Assembly: GCA_052327205.1 (NCBI GenBank)
Contig: CM126212.1
Location: forward strand, 60,636,001-60,700,000
From: Somniosus microcephalus
Taxonomy: Eukaryota
Direction: 5' to 3'
DNA: 64,000 nt
Shown one piece after another: positions 39,401 through 54,400 of the stretch. The notes below the pieces were generated by a model. The model saw only the letters and a program-made list of their open reading frames with translations, searched no databases and was not told where the DNA came from. The translations under genes and the position numbers were made by a program. The first letter of the stretch is position 1; each line of letters begins with the position of its first letter.

Positions 39401-42400
39401 TTGCCCAGGGACATTTTGTAAGACAGGAACTAGTGAAGTACAACTAGACCTCCATGTTTTGAAACAAGTTGATTAAAGCCTTGCTTTATACTCGAACCAA
39501 GTGCATAGTGAGTTTTATTACATCAATGATCATGGAAAGTACAAGCCAGTAAAGCGAGCAATTTTAAACATGTGGTAGCTAGAGGCACAAACAACCTTAC
39601 CCAAGTAAAGCCAGAGATTTATTGGTGCTTCCGGTAGCTAATGACACTTGGACTCTCTTGCTTCCTATTTTGTATCTGTGTAAACTATTGACAGCCGAGA
39701 TCGCTTCCTGGAGACTCCCCATCTGAACTGTTGCCTTCAGCTGATAATCAGTATGAGGACTTAGTTCCACATTCTTCACCTACATATCCAGGAGTGGAGA
39801 CAAAAAAACCTTCCAGTTATGGCTCACTTTTGGGTGATTATAAAGTTTTTTTTTTTAAATTCAGAAATCTGTTCTGTTTTAAGTTAGTCAAGCAAGAAGT
39901 CTATTGATAATTCATGAGAAAAATACATCTAATTGCAGACTATTCATAAACTAATAAATTGCAGAAACTGCAAGAAACAGCCACACCTGCTCCCCTCATG
40001 GCTCAGTGGCTAGCTGCACCAGGTGTGGTACCGAGTCATACAGATTATGTAGGGTCTACATTTGGTTCTTGATCTGAGCTAAATGAGCAGATCTCAACCA
40101 GTGTGGTAAATAAAAATTAGAGGTTCTAGTCATCAGTCCAATTAGTCCCACTCAGGATTAGCAACCTTGGAAGAAAATTATATTTTAGACCCAACTCACT
40201 CTCCGCACGTCGCCCCCCCAACCCCCCACCCCAAAGGTTCTAAGAAAGGCTTCTGTCTAGCACTCCAATTGGGTTAACTTGTTCAAATGAGGCAGATCAA
40301 CCAAAACAGAATTAAATCCATAATCTGACTGGAAATCATATGCTTAAAAAGATCAGTGAGCTAAACTATCAAGGAAACCGGATTACAAAATCAATGGCCT
40401 GGAAATTGCATTTGGAGGCTTGCCGCCCGCCCGCCCACACCTCCAAGCCGCAAGAAAAATATGTACTTACCTGCTGTCTCCAGAACTTCGGACTCTTGTT
40501 GTCCTGGGCCTGCAGGCATACGCCTGCATAAAGGCCCACGCATCCCAGGGGCGCATGCGGTTCGCAAGCTTCCCTGGGATCACGTGGGTCGGCCCAACCA
40601 ATGACAAAGGAGAATTCCTATGACGCTTATGGGGATTTCATTTACGTATGGAATCCCCATAAGCAGAATAGAAATCACCTAATAAATACAATTTCACAAC
40701 AAATAAAAATGATGACAGGATCAAAATTTATTTAAAAATACCATTTAATTAAACATTTAAAATAAAAATTACATTTTTTGAAAAATAAATGTAAACATTT
40801 TTAACTAGGACAAATTGACCTAAACTTATTTTAAATGTAAGTGAATGTTTAAATAATTTTTTTTAAATTAATTTTAACATTTATTTAAACCCTTACACTA
40901 GTAAAAGGCCTTATGCCTGCTTTTACCAGATATAAAGGTTTGGTGGGTATTCGCTGGGCAGTAGTTGGGCAAACAGCCCAACCCTGCACCAGCGAAAATG
41001 AATTTACAGCGGATGCATAAGATCTGGCAAGACGAACCTTGACAGATCGCAAGTTCCGGGTTCACACGCATGCACATCGCCCGTGGAAACCTGGAACTTG
41101 TAGGGCACTCATGACGTCATACGCTGTGCATACGCCGTCATAGGCCCCGGAAAATCCAGGCCAATGTATGTAAACAGATCCTTTTATTCTGTCAATGCAC
41201 GAAGTTAGTAACCATAAAGGTGCAGATTAACTACAGTAAAATGGCGATTTCCACCTCTGCACACTTCAGTAAACTCCCTCTTCCAGTGAACTCCCTCCTC
41301 CAGCCCCCAAGTGAGAGTGTAACAAACATCACTGGAAGTTTAGCTCATCTTTAAGTGACAGATTGGGTAGTACTGTATCATTTTTACAAGCCGTTAGCCT
41401 TACAGGATATTTTAAGTGAATGTTTGAATATAACTGAAAAATGCAGGAAACATGTTCAAAACCTCAACCTGAATAACGGTAAATCGCTTAGCCACAGATG
41501 AACTAACTACAAGATGCCACAGCCCAAATACCTTCAACAGGAATGAGATAATCCATTGCCAATTTAAGGAATCTTTTTAAAAAGCACCCCAAAAATACAA
41601 CTTATCACAGCAAGGCAGGATTACTATATTAAGTATGCTCACAGTACAGAAGCAGACATTAAATGTGAACATTTTAACAAGCATTGGGCAAAGATGAAAG
41701 AATGAAGCACAATCAAAAATGTAAATTCTAAAACTTGAAATTGAGTGTATGGTCACTATCTTCTCCAGGTCTAACCGAAACATAGGCCAAAAACAGTTAC
41801 GTGGTATAAAAGTGCAATTGATGTGCTTTCAGGGCTTTTCTCCAACATACTCAGTATAGCCTGTGGCCAAGTCAGAAGTTTACATTCCCATTAAATTTCT
41901 AACCCGATACAAATCTTTCAGAGAAAGTTGGGCTCCAACTAAGAATCCAATTAAAAAAACTGAAAACACAATGAAAGCTTCACAACTACTACTAGTCTTG
42001 TTATTTACAGTGTTGCAATATTGCTATACTGGAGTGCAGCTATAAAACAGTATTCAGCATTACTCTTTATTTAAGCATTCAGCCAGTTTACCTTGCCATG
42101 CCTGAAGAAAATCTCACGCAATATTTGTTGTAGTTCTTTTCTGGACATCCTGTAATCCAAGTTGCTGACCTGTATGTCTGCTCCATTTGCAAACGGGTCA
42201 GTCTGGGAGTCAGAATAATGAGGTTGGTTTGCACTTATAGGAGAGGAGCGGTTTGAAAGGCTTGGGGATAGGCTCCTAGGATAATTAGCAAGAGAGTCAA
42301 ACATTGTACACTCTAAAGGTAACACATTAAAACTTCACCAGAGCCAAGTATCAAAAGTTCAACAGTGAAATTGCACTTCGAAGCTCCTATTACAACTCAA

Positions 42401-45400
42401 CTAGTTTGGATTTCCTATTCCTTACTAGTGGCTAATTTCAAGGTTTGTCTCCAAATAACTGTTGGAAAATGTAATTTTTTAAATCTTAAAAAAGTAGATA
42501 GATGTTAGAAAAATTAAGTTACCTCGCAGACCAAGAACCATGGCACATAATAGGAGGCGTGTTATGTCTTGAAATCGACAGCTTAGAAAAAGCAGAAGGG
42601 GAACTGACATGGAAGTCAACTTTCTTCTCAATTTTGTCTATGGGGGATTCCAGGAAACTTCTAAAAGTTGGAGTTTCTCTCCTGTTTAAGAAAAATGTAG
42701 ATTTTAAGCAACGTGTATATGTTTTGCATTTATACAAAGTTTGTTATACGTGAGCACATTAACATTAGAAGTCTACTTCTTGTGTTTCAATTGAATTTTT
42801 TGCATGCAAGAGTGACATTAGATAACGGAGTTCTACAGAAACATTTCTTCTCCCTCTTGGCACTAGAACAACTTCCCTATTTTGACATCTTTGCTGAGAA
42901 GATATAGATAGAAGGTGCAGAAGTGCAGTTTGAGAGAGGGGGAGGGAGGCTAATTTACCTCTACCCAACATTTCCCATGACTGTAAATTCACAGGCCAAT
43001 CAAGCGGATATTTAGCTAAAACTAAATTAGTCTTCACCTCTCTCTTTCAGATGCAAAATTCAGTTAGGATCAGAAACTTTGTATGGGGAATTTTCTGGTA
43101 CTATACCCTATCCCACTGAGTACTTCACCCATTGCATTTATTGCTCCAGCAGTACTTCACACTCCTGTGTTAAAAGTTCATACTGTGCTACATTAACAGT
43201 TTGTGGCACCCTAGATCACTCCTATTTGAACAGATGAAGTGTGCTAATGCATCAAGAATTCAGTTGTAATTAAGTATTGTACCTAAAATTTTAACTTGCC
43301 TTTCAGAAGCCAAATCACCTATGAATTTCCAGCACTGTTTTTTATTTTAAAAATTGACAAAAATCTGAAGGAAACATTTTTAACACTCCTTCAGTTTAAG
43401 GAATTATATAATAGGTTGATCAGTCCTTAACCAACCCCACTTACATTTAATTTATTTGAAGAGATTCATCAAAAAATACATTTGTGCCTATTCCTTACCT
43501 CAATAATTTGATTACAATAGTCAGTACAGTTACGCTCAAACAAATAATTCAAAAAAGCACAAGGAACTAAAAGTACATAAAGTTTAAAGAGTGTTATTGG
43601 AAGCCCGTCAAAAAAAATCAATTAAAAGTCAGCCAGTTTATAGATAATAAATAGAAACTTACTTAATGTTTTCACTGAAAGAATCTCCGTTTCCTACACT
43701 TTTAGGAGAGGCTGGGGAATAAATGGGAGTGCAATGGCTTATTGGTGGAGATTCAGTTCCTTGCTTTTTGATCTGCTGCGTACGTACACTTTGCTTGGTT
43801 TTAGATTCCATACCACAGAGCTCCTTATAAAACAAGTAATAAATAATTAACCACTTACAACTTAATGCACAAAATGGTTTCAACAACCTAAATCAGTGCA
43901 AGCTCTAAATCAGAACAGGGAAGAAAACCAGCTTTTAATTAAAGAGTTGCGAATAAACTAACTCATTTTCAAAACCCTAAGTAGGAGTTAAGTTTAAATA
44001 AGACTGAGGAGCCAAACTTTGTTCTCCGAGTCACAGCTGGGAGGTACAAGTGGTAGCAGAGATCTTTGAAGGGATTAAGCAATGTATTGATAAAGCCCAG
44101 CTCGACAACAGGAACAGAAACGACGTTTGGTTTTCTAGACCAAGGTTACAGTAATTAAAATTATAGGAGGTAAACACAATCAGGTCATTCTCCTTAAACT
44201 TCAAGGATTACAACATGATCTTTTAAGGTTGCAATAGCCATCAAGCTCACTTTTGCTGTTAACGCCCGGTTTCAGAAACCCTAACCGACCAAATTTTCCT
44301 TTACCTCCTACGACATTTACCTTCACTCGCTGCCAAGTAAACAACTTCAGGAAATAACTATACTCAGTTTCAGAGAACATTCAAATGCATTTTGTTTAGT
44401 TTTCATGAAACTACATGTCCCCACTAAACTACTCAAGTGAAAACTTGTTAAGACCACGGATTTATACATTTATAAATCAATATTGTGGGTGCACTGCAGT
44501 TTATTTCAGAAGTCTAACATTGATATTTGCATTACTCCATATTATTTGGCTCAATTCTGCAGTGTAAGATGCCGACACAAGTACTTACTATTTTAAACTC
44601 CTATTACTTCAAAGCCATGGATTGAGATGATGAGAAATGAGACATTAAAAGTTACTTTGCTAAAAGAATTCTATTTGTGATTACTGAAATGTGATAAGCT
44701 ATAGTAAACTAGTAGAGACATTGATAAGACTCAATATTCACATGCAGAAAAGCTGCTTAACTGCAGCCCCTGGTATGTATGGCATAATGGCAGGTCTACC
44801 ACAGAGGACTAAAAGCTTCCAAATTGAATTGTTAAGCACACAGCTAAAACACTACATTGGACCCTAAACTTCCATACTATAGGGCAAACAGCCACCATGT
44901 AAGTAGCTTAACACCAGGGACTATATGAAACAAGACCAGTTCTTCAGTCAGCCTCCTTTTTTTTGGGGGGGAGGGAAAGTGGGGGGGGGGGGTGAGGTGA
45001 GGTGGGGGAATTGCACATATTTTCTGCCTCTTCATGCAAGACACCTGTAGCACCTGAATCCATTATTAACTAATCAATCAATTACTTGTGCAGGACGTGC
45101 TGCATTAACTGTCTTGTAGGAAATTGTCTTCTCTCTCTTTTCATTGGACCCAATAAAAAAGAAACAATTTCACAAATAAGGTGACAACAACCCAATTACC
45201 CTTTTAAATAACCCTCCACCAATCAAATTAAAATTTGGTTGTCCCGATTAACAATGCACTCCAGTCCCCGCGGCGCCCACCGGTCACGAAAGAGCTCGAG
45301 CGTGCCGGCGGACACCGCGTGCTCCATCTCTAGGGCCACCCGGGCGCGAACATGGCCACGGAAGAGGGGGAGGATGGAAATTGTCTTCTGTGGTTAAGGA

Positions 45401-48400
45401 TTGATTGATCTGGACTGCCTGCCTGCTGGTTAATTTGCATATGAAAATGTATGCAGATGTCAAGAACATAAGAAATAAGAGTAGGCATTTTGAGCCTACT
45501 ACACCATTCAATAAGTTCATAGCTGATCTTCCACTTTCCTGCACTATCCCCATAATATTCAAAAATCTATCGATCTCTGTCTTGAATATACTCAACAATT
45601 GAGCCTCCACAGCCCTCTGGGGTAGAAAATTCCAAAAATTCACCCCCCTCAGTGAAGACATTTCTCCTCATCTCAATCCTAAATTGCCAACTCCTTAATC
45701 TGAGACAGTGACCCCTGGTTCTAGACTCTCCAGCCAGGGGAAACATCCTCCCTGCATCTACCCTGTCAAGTCGTGTAAGGATTTTGTATGACTAATTCGC
45801 ACTATAGTGACCAAATCAGTACATTTGATTGTCCAAAATGCTGAACTGTATTCTCTCGAGATACTGTATACAAGATGACCAACAATGTTACATTTGTGAT
45901 CCATGACAAAAGAAAGTTCCAATTACAATTTTAAACAATCCAGTGTCTGATGGAGAAGTTACTCATACCTTTGATTGAAAATCAAACAAGACCTTTAAGG
46001 GTACGTAAGCAACAATAAATGATAGTCATGGATGAAGAATCTGCACTTATATTGTGCCTTATCATCTATCAAGATATCTTCATATACATTTAATTATGCT
46101 GATGTGCAGTCATGTAGACAAATATGGCCACCATTTAAATACAGCAATGTCCTACAAACACCAAGAACTAAATGATCAGTTAATCTGCTTTTTGGTGGTA
46201 TTGTTTGAAGGGGGAATGTTGTCAAGATACTGGGAGAATGCTAAATAGTTATCTTTAACATTCAACTGCATAGGCAGACAGAGGCTTGGTTTAATGTCTC
46301 ATATGAAAGACCATTTATAAAATGAAGATAGTGTCAGTCTTGCACTGAAATGTTAACCAGGATTATGATCAAGAACAGGCTTGAACTCAATAACTTAATG
46401 GGTTTGAGTAATATTAAAAACTAAAATGGGTTGGAATGTTACAGCTTGAATACTCACAAATATCATTTTTATATAATATATATATTTAGCCCAGCTTGGT
46501 ATTTTTTTGGAACCAGTAAACCACATCTTTGGTTCCTATAATAAGTCTTTCCATTTGGCTCCACAGCATGTGATTGAGGGTGCTGGGGATTATTATAATT
46601 GTAGCCCACCATTTTAGTAGTTGTTGGACAGCAAGTGGGGAGGGTGTACTGATGTTGGAAATTCCTGTGTGCATTACATTATAAATTGCTAACTGTGCTA
46701 CATCACTTTGCTAAACAAAATTACACAAATTGATATGCAACCAATCAGGCCAATTTAACAGAGTTCAGAGTCCAATTAAGGATACCTGTCCCCTTATCTT
46801 TATCTTTTGAAGATGGTGAGTTGTAGCCCTTTAATATCTTGCCCCAGTAACATGTGATCCTAGCCAGCAAGTGTCAAGTAGGCTCTTGGACCAGAGGAAG
46901 GGGCCATCGCAAGTTCGCACATGAACAGTGCCAGTAGGGTCAATGGATACCAATCAGGAATTGGAAAATTTGCTGATTTATTTTTCCCATTCCTAAGCTC
47001 AAAGCACTGATGCGAACTGTAACATCCCAACAACTGTCCCAGTTAAAATCAGGTAACTCAGCAGAGACCATGCATTGAATTTGGGACTAGATCTGTGTGG
47101 CTCACTGTCACATTACATGATGCCTTTACCCAACAAACTGTGAAAAGAGTGGGAAGGATAGCACTTGTAAAATTTGTTTCAGGCAAAGCATTTTGGAGTA
47201 CCAGATGGTAAGAACATAAATGCCCTCCATCAGCATTCCAGTTGAAATACTATGGGGTCAAGGCAACAATTCAAAGGCAACTCGCTTAAAAAAATGCATT
47301 TCTCTCAAACAAATGCAGTAAAAGCAATTGGTACTTGGCCAATCATCTCCTTTAAAAGGAACTGGCTAAATATCTAATTTGGTATAAGATTATTGGGTTA
47401 AGTATTAAGAGAGACAGTCAAATGCTCCATGGACATAATAACTGGAGTTCGGGAAGGAGGTGGTGTTATCTGAGGAGGGCAGGACCCCAAGGTTGAATAG
47501 TAAAGGTGTGAGGGTGGACATATATTTCACAGCTCACGATTACTTTTGGGAATTAAGAGTGTATTTATACACATTTGACAGAAAATTGATTAGATTACAT
47601 ATGCTTGTGAAAAGATCAGTCTTGACGAGCTGAACAAGCCTTTTTCATTCCACTTTCTTGTATTTCTTCCTTTCTTTGCCAGTTTTTTCTGCGCCCTGCT
47701 CCTTTCCTGACAGCAATAACTACTTATTAGGATTGCTCTCCAGTACTTCACTTCCAACAGGTTTACTGGATAGCAATGAAGAGTGGGAAGTGGGGATTGA
47801 ACCTGGGACCTTCCTAGTCTGTATGTGTCAGCTACTCACCAGATACTCGTTGAGTCAGATTCCTCAACTTTTAACCTTAATTCCATTTCACAGAATCACA
47901 GAAACCCCACAGTGCAGATAGAGGCCATTTCGGCCCATCGAGCCTGCACCGACACATATCCCACCTGATCCCCGTAGCCCCTACACCAACACATATCCCA
48001 CCCTATCCCCCTAACACTAAGGGTCAATTTATCATAGCCAATCAACCTAACCCGCACATCACTGACAATGTATCACCACAAGCCCAATTTGAATCACACT
48101 CAATGGGACATTGGCATTGTGTTAGATGCCGATAATAGTTTTGTCTACCCTCATTACATAAGGATTTTCTGTTCTTTATCCATTTGTACAAAGAGATAGG
48201 TCACAGTAATATCTTATTGTCCCTCCTATGGTTCCATATGTAATTTGAGATGTATTAAATGAACAGATTACCTGTAAACTTCTGACACTGAAGTTTTTAA
48301 CTGCTGATCCTTCGGTTGTCTGCGAGTTCTTTACTGCAGAATTTTTACCATTCTGTAATTGCTCATCAAGGTCTTTGTTCAGCTGACAGTGTTTTGTAAG

Positions 48401-51400
48401 CTTGCTTGCCTTTTTAGGGGATTTTGTCTTTTCAACTGTAAAGCAGTTATTTTTGCTCTCATAAAGATCTTTATTTTTTGGTGTAAAAGATACTAGGATC
48501 TTATTGCCAAAGACATCTTCATTCTCCATACGCTTCTGTGCACGCTCAGCACTTTCCTGGCTTGTAAAACGAAGGATTGCACTGCTGCCGGTAATGCTTA
48601 AAACTTTTCCACCACAATTATCAGACAAACGGCGCAGTCTGTTGCTTACTTGCTTGCTGTCTCTGTTGAGTGGCAAATTGTACGCATACAGAAGAGTATG
48701 GCATTGCTGGAGAGCGAGTAAGAAAGTGAGTGAGCAAGAGATTGAGAAAATAAGAGGAAGAATGAGCAATTGAGAGAGAGAGAAAAGGCAAGAAACAAAA
48801 TCAAAACAAATGTTTTATTATAGTCTAAAAAGATGAAAACAAATCGTTAAATTTATTCTGATAAACAATATTCTGTTTGTTCATCCATGGGCAAATTTGC
48901 TTTTTTGTTAAAAATAAAATGTACTGAAATCTTTTATTGAGAACACTTTTTAAACAGCTGGTAACTGAGACATCGCAACTTCTGAGTACCAGGGCTACCT
49001 TTCACTCCAGTATGAAAAACCAAGTCACTGTTCAGGTACAAGTGCTGCAGGAGAAAGGCAGCCTTGCACATGGGAAAAACAAAACAACAGACTGTACAAG
49101 TCGGTAAAGGACCCAGAGTTCTCATGAGAAACTAACCAAATATTGTCTTTTAGGTAATTAATTTAATATGAAACATTTTGTACTAGGGTAAAGAGGACTC
49201 CAGCTTGTGAGACACAACTGAAGTGCTGCTTAGAGAAAAGATAGGGCCAAATTTCCTAATGAACAATGCTTGAACTCTCAAATGATCCATTAATACTTCA
49301 GATTTAGTCATTTGTTAATTTTAATTTAGATGATTATTTTAGAAGACACTTACTGGTGTTTTCTCTGGTAACCTTGGCGGTAAGTTAGAAACAAATTCCT
49401 CAAATTTGATATGCTTATGTGCATGTTGTAAAAGTGATTCTGAAACTTGATTCTTGTGTACCAAAATAACCTGAAAACCATGTCGATGCCGAAGGTCACT
49501 CAGTTCTGAGGCAAAGTTAACATCAGCTGCAAAATGACAAAACCACAATTATCAGAAAGAACAAATTCCGACCGAAATCAAACTCTCACCCTTTTATTTC
49601 AAACTACAAAAGGCTGGAAAAGGTTTCCTCAATGTTCACTCATTGCTCAGTACTTTATTAAGAAATGTATGTAAGGGATGACACAAAGTTCAACAGCTGA
49701 ACAATGAACACTTTCACAAAATTTGCCTTGATCTCCAACTAAAGAATATATGCTGCTACTGTTATACAAGACATCAATTTTCATCACTCCATTCATTGCA
49801 AATCTCCAAAACCTAAAATTGCAGATGTTTAACAGTGCCCATCCCAATCCCAATGAATTTATATTTTTCATTGTGGCGACAACACCACTGAGCTGCTATT
49901 CTTGATCCTGTTCCTTTCCTGTGATAAATGTTTCAAATGAAAATAAATGAAGTTTTGTAGCACTGATTACTTACAGGACACCAAAATAACAGTGGACGGA
50001 GCAGTGTGAGTGTCAGCAAATCGCCTCAAACTCTGTCTAAGCTTGTCATCTGCAGCATTTTTTGCTGTTGCATTGATATGTGCAACTGTCACCTGCAACA
50101 CAGAAGTGATATAAAAAAATACTAATTTTCAATCACAACCTCAGAGCTAGAAAGTACAAGTACTGTCTTACACACACAACAAAGGAGGATGAATCAAGAA
50201 CTAAATGGGTAATGTTAACCTAACCTGCCCGACAGGGAACTGACATGATCAGATCGGCTGCCTGTTTTACACCCCGCCTAATTTGAAAGTCAATGTAAAA
50301 TCAGGAAGAGTCTATTTGAATGCACAGGACATCACCATACACTTACTTGCCTCCCAAAAGTTTAACATACAAGAAACATTCTTCACTCTTACACTTTTAA
50401 AAACTTCTCATGGCAAAGTGCCTGTCTCTTTTTTTTAAATTAATAGCACATTATATCCTTTAGATTCAGGGGAATTACAGTAACTGGTATTGTCAGGTTA
50501 TACAGCTGCCTTACCTGGCAATTGTTAAGTTCCTGGATAACTTCCTTGTTTTCCTTGCTAATATCACACACACACATGAATTCTGCCTCTCTGTGGCCTT
50601 GAAAAAATCGTTGACGGATTCGCTGTACTATTGCCATGGCTGATCGTCCTGTTGGGACGGAGCAATTTTCTATATCCCAAAACACCCCAATAGGAGGTAG
50701 ATTCTCCTGCTGTCCTAGTACACCAATATCAGGTGATCCTGTAAAAAAGAATCCCAGAATTAGAACCACTTTTTTCAGTAACTGTTGCTGCTAACAATTA
50801 AAGCTGCATTCTCCTATAATTTTATTTTTAATTCAAAGGTGCCAATTAAAATAACACAAAAAATAGAACTGCTCATTAAAACATAACTGACACCCACTAA
50901 TCAGGACATCAGAAAGCATTTTGATATAGACAAGTGCAAAAATAATCAAAACATTATTGGTACAGTATACTAAGAAATGGAATCTTTCTAGAAGATATTT
51001 TAAAACCAGTTTTACTTACACAACTGAAGTTCTTCAACTGGCTTTCAGGTATCAATGTGAAAGAAATACTGTATCTTATCCATTTAAAGGAATAATAAAA
51101 GGGATTTGACAGTTTTAATAGTTTGGGGATTGTCAGTTTCCATTCTTTCAGCACCACAATCAGACTCCTGGAATTAAATCAACTTACACCCACGTGAATG
51201 TAACAGCAATTAGTTGTTGACTCTAAATTGCTTTAACAATGAGCAAAATAGGCAGGGCTCATTGACATGTGGAAATTAAATCCACTGATGGATGGCTCAA
51301 TAATTTATTCAAAGAAGTGACTGATTTGGTCGAATTCTGGAGGAACACATCTTAAAAAAAAATTCATAAATATGACAATGAATTACTAATCAATAAACGG

Positions 51401-54400
51401 ATCTTTAAAATGGCAGTTTGTATATTTAAACAGGATATATTTTTAATTTAGAAACCTTAGTTAGTCAAAACTAACACTGGTTTAAGATAGAACATACTGA
51501 AATTTCAAAACAGAATGATCTGGTAGTTAACAGCAAATGCCTAGTCTTCCATCAGTTTTGATTGATATTCCAACTTACTTATTTTGATTAGGCGTGTTTA
51601 TAATTCTCAGTTCGGCTTAGAAGGAACACTATGCAGCAACACAGCACTTCAACTCAGATAAGAAAAATGGCTGGGTCAATACAACCCCTAAAAGCACACC
51701 TCTTGCTAGCACTCATGGACATTATTAACATTGTCCCCGCCACAAGTCTTATACAGCCCGCTCCCATGATGGCTCAATTGATATCGGCACTTCCCAGTGT
51801 GGGACTCAAGGTCTCACGTTTGATCCCAGTCTATGCTGAGTTAGCTAAGCTCAGACAGGGTGGCAATAGGGGCGGTAAAATTTCCCTGCGCAATTCTAAG
51901 CTGAGGAAAGGTGAGGGGAGTGGAAATGGGGGGGCTGGGGGAAGTCAGTCACGGTTCCTGCTCCTAATCACAATTCAGTGACTCCCCCTAAAAACTGCAC
52001 ATATGTGGACATCAGTTGAAGAGAGGATTGGGTTTAGTTGCGATGCTTCCTTCATGTTTGTGTTCCTTGTTTGCAAATGAAGAATCATCACTCAGTAACC
52101 ACAGGATTTTTCTTGTTTTTGAATAGTTTGGTTTCCTTGATGTAACTGACAATTAAAGGTCTCTCCATATATACACACACACACACAATAAATAATCCAC
52201 TTCCAGTTGTTGTTTTATCTTTGTAGTCAGCTTGTAAATGATTCAATAATTTGAGCTTACCGATCATACGCAATGTAGCAGAGTCCACTAAAACTTGAAG
52301 TACTTTATCTGACTACCCCTCCCCAAGAAATAAAATTATACAATTTTGGGGGTGGGGGGGCTTCTCACTATAGATGTAAATAACAATTTACAACGAATTC
52401 TCATTTTTTATTAAAAGCAGAAGTTAACATTAACGGGAAAGACTATTAAAGCATAAACTAGGATAATACTGCAATCACACATACCATACTTCTGTGGCTG
52501 GAGGCCCAAGTTTCCTGCTGTTAATATTGGTGTCTCTGCAGTTTGACCTTCAATTTGAACACCATTGCACATAGATATGGGTGCTGGACCAGATGGAACA
52601 GGAGGGGGAATATTTGGCCAAATCTTTGTAGCATCTAGAACAGGACGTCTGGGTGGCTGCAAGAAAGATTTAAAAAAGACAAACTAGGGCAACTCTTCAG
52701 ATTACATGCAAAGCAACCTACTTTAAATTTTGAGAAATTCATGCAAAAACAGTATCTCAGCAACTAAATTAACATGCAATAGATATTTCAGATTTCCAGC
52801 ATCTGCAGTATTTTGCTTTTGCAATAGATATTCTTTGTGGCACAGACAATCCTGATTACATGATACTATGCAGATTTTCTACTTTTACAATACCCATAAA
52901 GTTGTCAATCATACTTTCAGTAACAACTTAGTCCATATTTGAATATCAACTGCAAATTTGTCTGTTTGCATTAACACACAATATCCTAAAATTATGTAGT
53001 GCATTTTTTTTATTTCAACAAAATTATTTACCCAGTAATATGGTAATGTATTAAAACACAATAGCCTAGACTTTGCTGTCATTATCCTTCTGAAACGGGC
53101 CGTAACTTCAGGATTTAGCGCATGCGCAGATAAACGCATAAATCCTGAAGTTGCGGTCGGCCATTAACTGCTCCGCCACAGGCTGCACTGTGGCACTCCC
53201 CATAGCCGGCAATCAGTGGAACTGACGAAAACTTAAGCCTTTCCGATCTAATTAGGCTGTGGAACACCCCATTAAATGTTAAGCCGTGTTGGAATAGGTG
53301 TAACTGGGGTTTTAATGGCATATTGACTGCTGAACAACCGTTCTGGCCCTGAAAAACTAATTTTATTTGTGGAATGTCAAATTTCTCCATTATGATAGAA
53401 AATTACTAGATTTTTAAAATAATTTATAAAATTTTTAAGTTTATTTATGATCTCTCAGCTTCTACCGTAACCCCCATGTGTATGCCCCAATCTTTATTTC
53501 ACTCTCTCTAAAATTTTTAAACAGTGAATTTAATCAATGCTTTTTATTTCTTGGTTTGCTGTCTGAGAATGTGTCAATGTGATTGGCTGCTTACACAGCT
53601 TGATGACATCACTGCTGCTCTGCGCTGGGATACCCTTTTGATGGTGCTACAATCAATTTCACGTCAAGAAACTTAAAAGTTTTCACCAGAGATCGCAAGA
53701 TCTTTGTGGGTAGCTTTCTTCGAGGTCAGCGGCGATTGTTGGAGTGATAAATGGTCAAAAGTGGTTTTTACCTGGCTGCTGGGCATAGTGAATAGTGACC
53801 AAAAGGGGAAAAAAAATTAATGTCTTTAAAAAAAGACACTCCAGGATGGTGCAGTGGGTAAATGTGTGCTGTCGTATTGAGCCATACAGAAGAGCTCTCT
53901 TAGCTGATTTCAATCTGCCAGCAGTGGAGTCACTAAAATTAGCCCTAGTATTCCTGGACTACGAAGATTTTTTTTTTTTTTTTTTAAATCAACCTGCGTT
54001 CCTACTTCTGATCTCTGCCCTATGATCCCTCCTTTAAAATGCACACGTGGACATTATGAGGACAGGCTCAAGCTTACGCCCAATACCGCCCCATGGTTGA
54101 ACAGCTTGCCATTACTACTCATCTGGGATAGTTACTGGAGGGCTGTCAGCATCAGTGGAATTGTATGCTGACATCCACTTTAGAATCGAAAGGAATAACA
54201 TTGGTGTGGGGGAGGTTTCACAAGGGTCACTTAATAGAGTGCACACATTGGAGAAGGTAAGGGAAATGCTCCATTTATATGGCAAGCCAGTGCTCCATTT
54301 ATATGGTATTACAATTTTAATTATATTTATTTACAGATAGATAAGAATTATGTTTTGGTCCACACTTAACATTCAGGCAGTGGCTCCTGTGGAATGCCAG

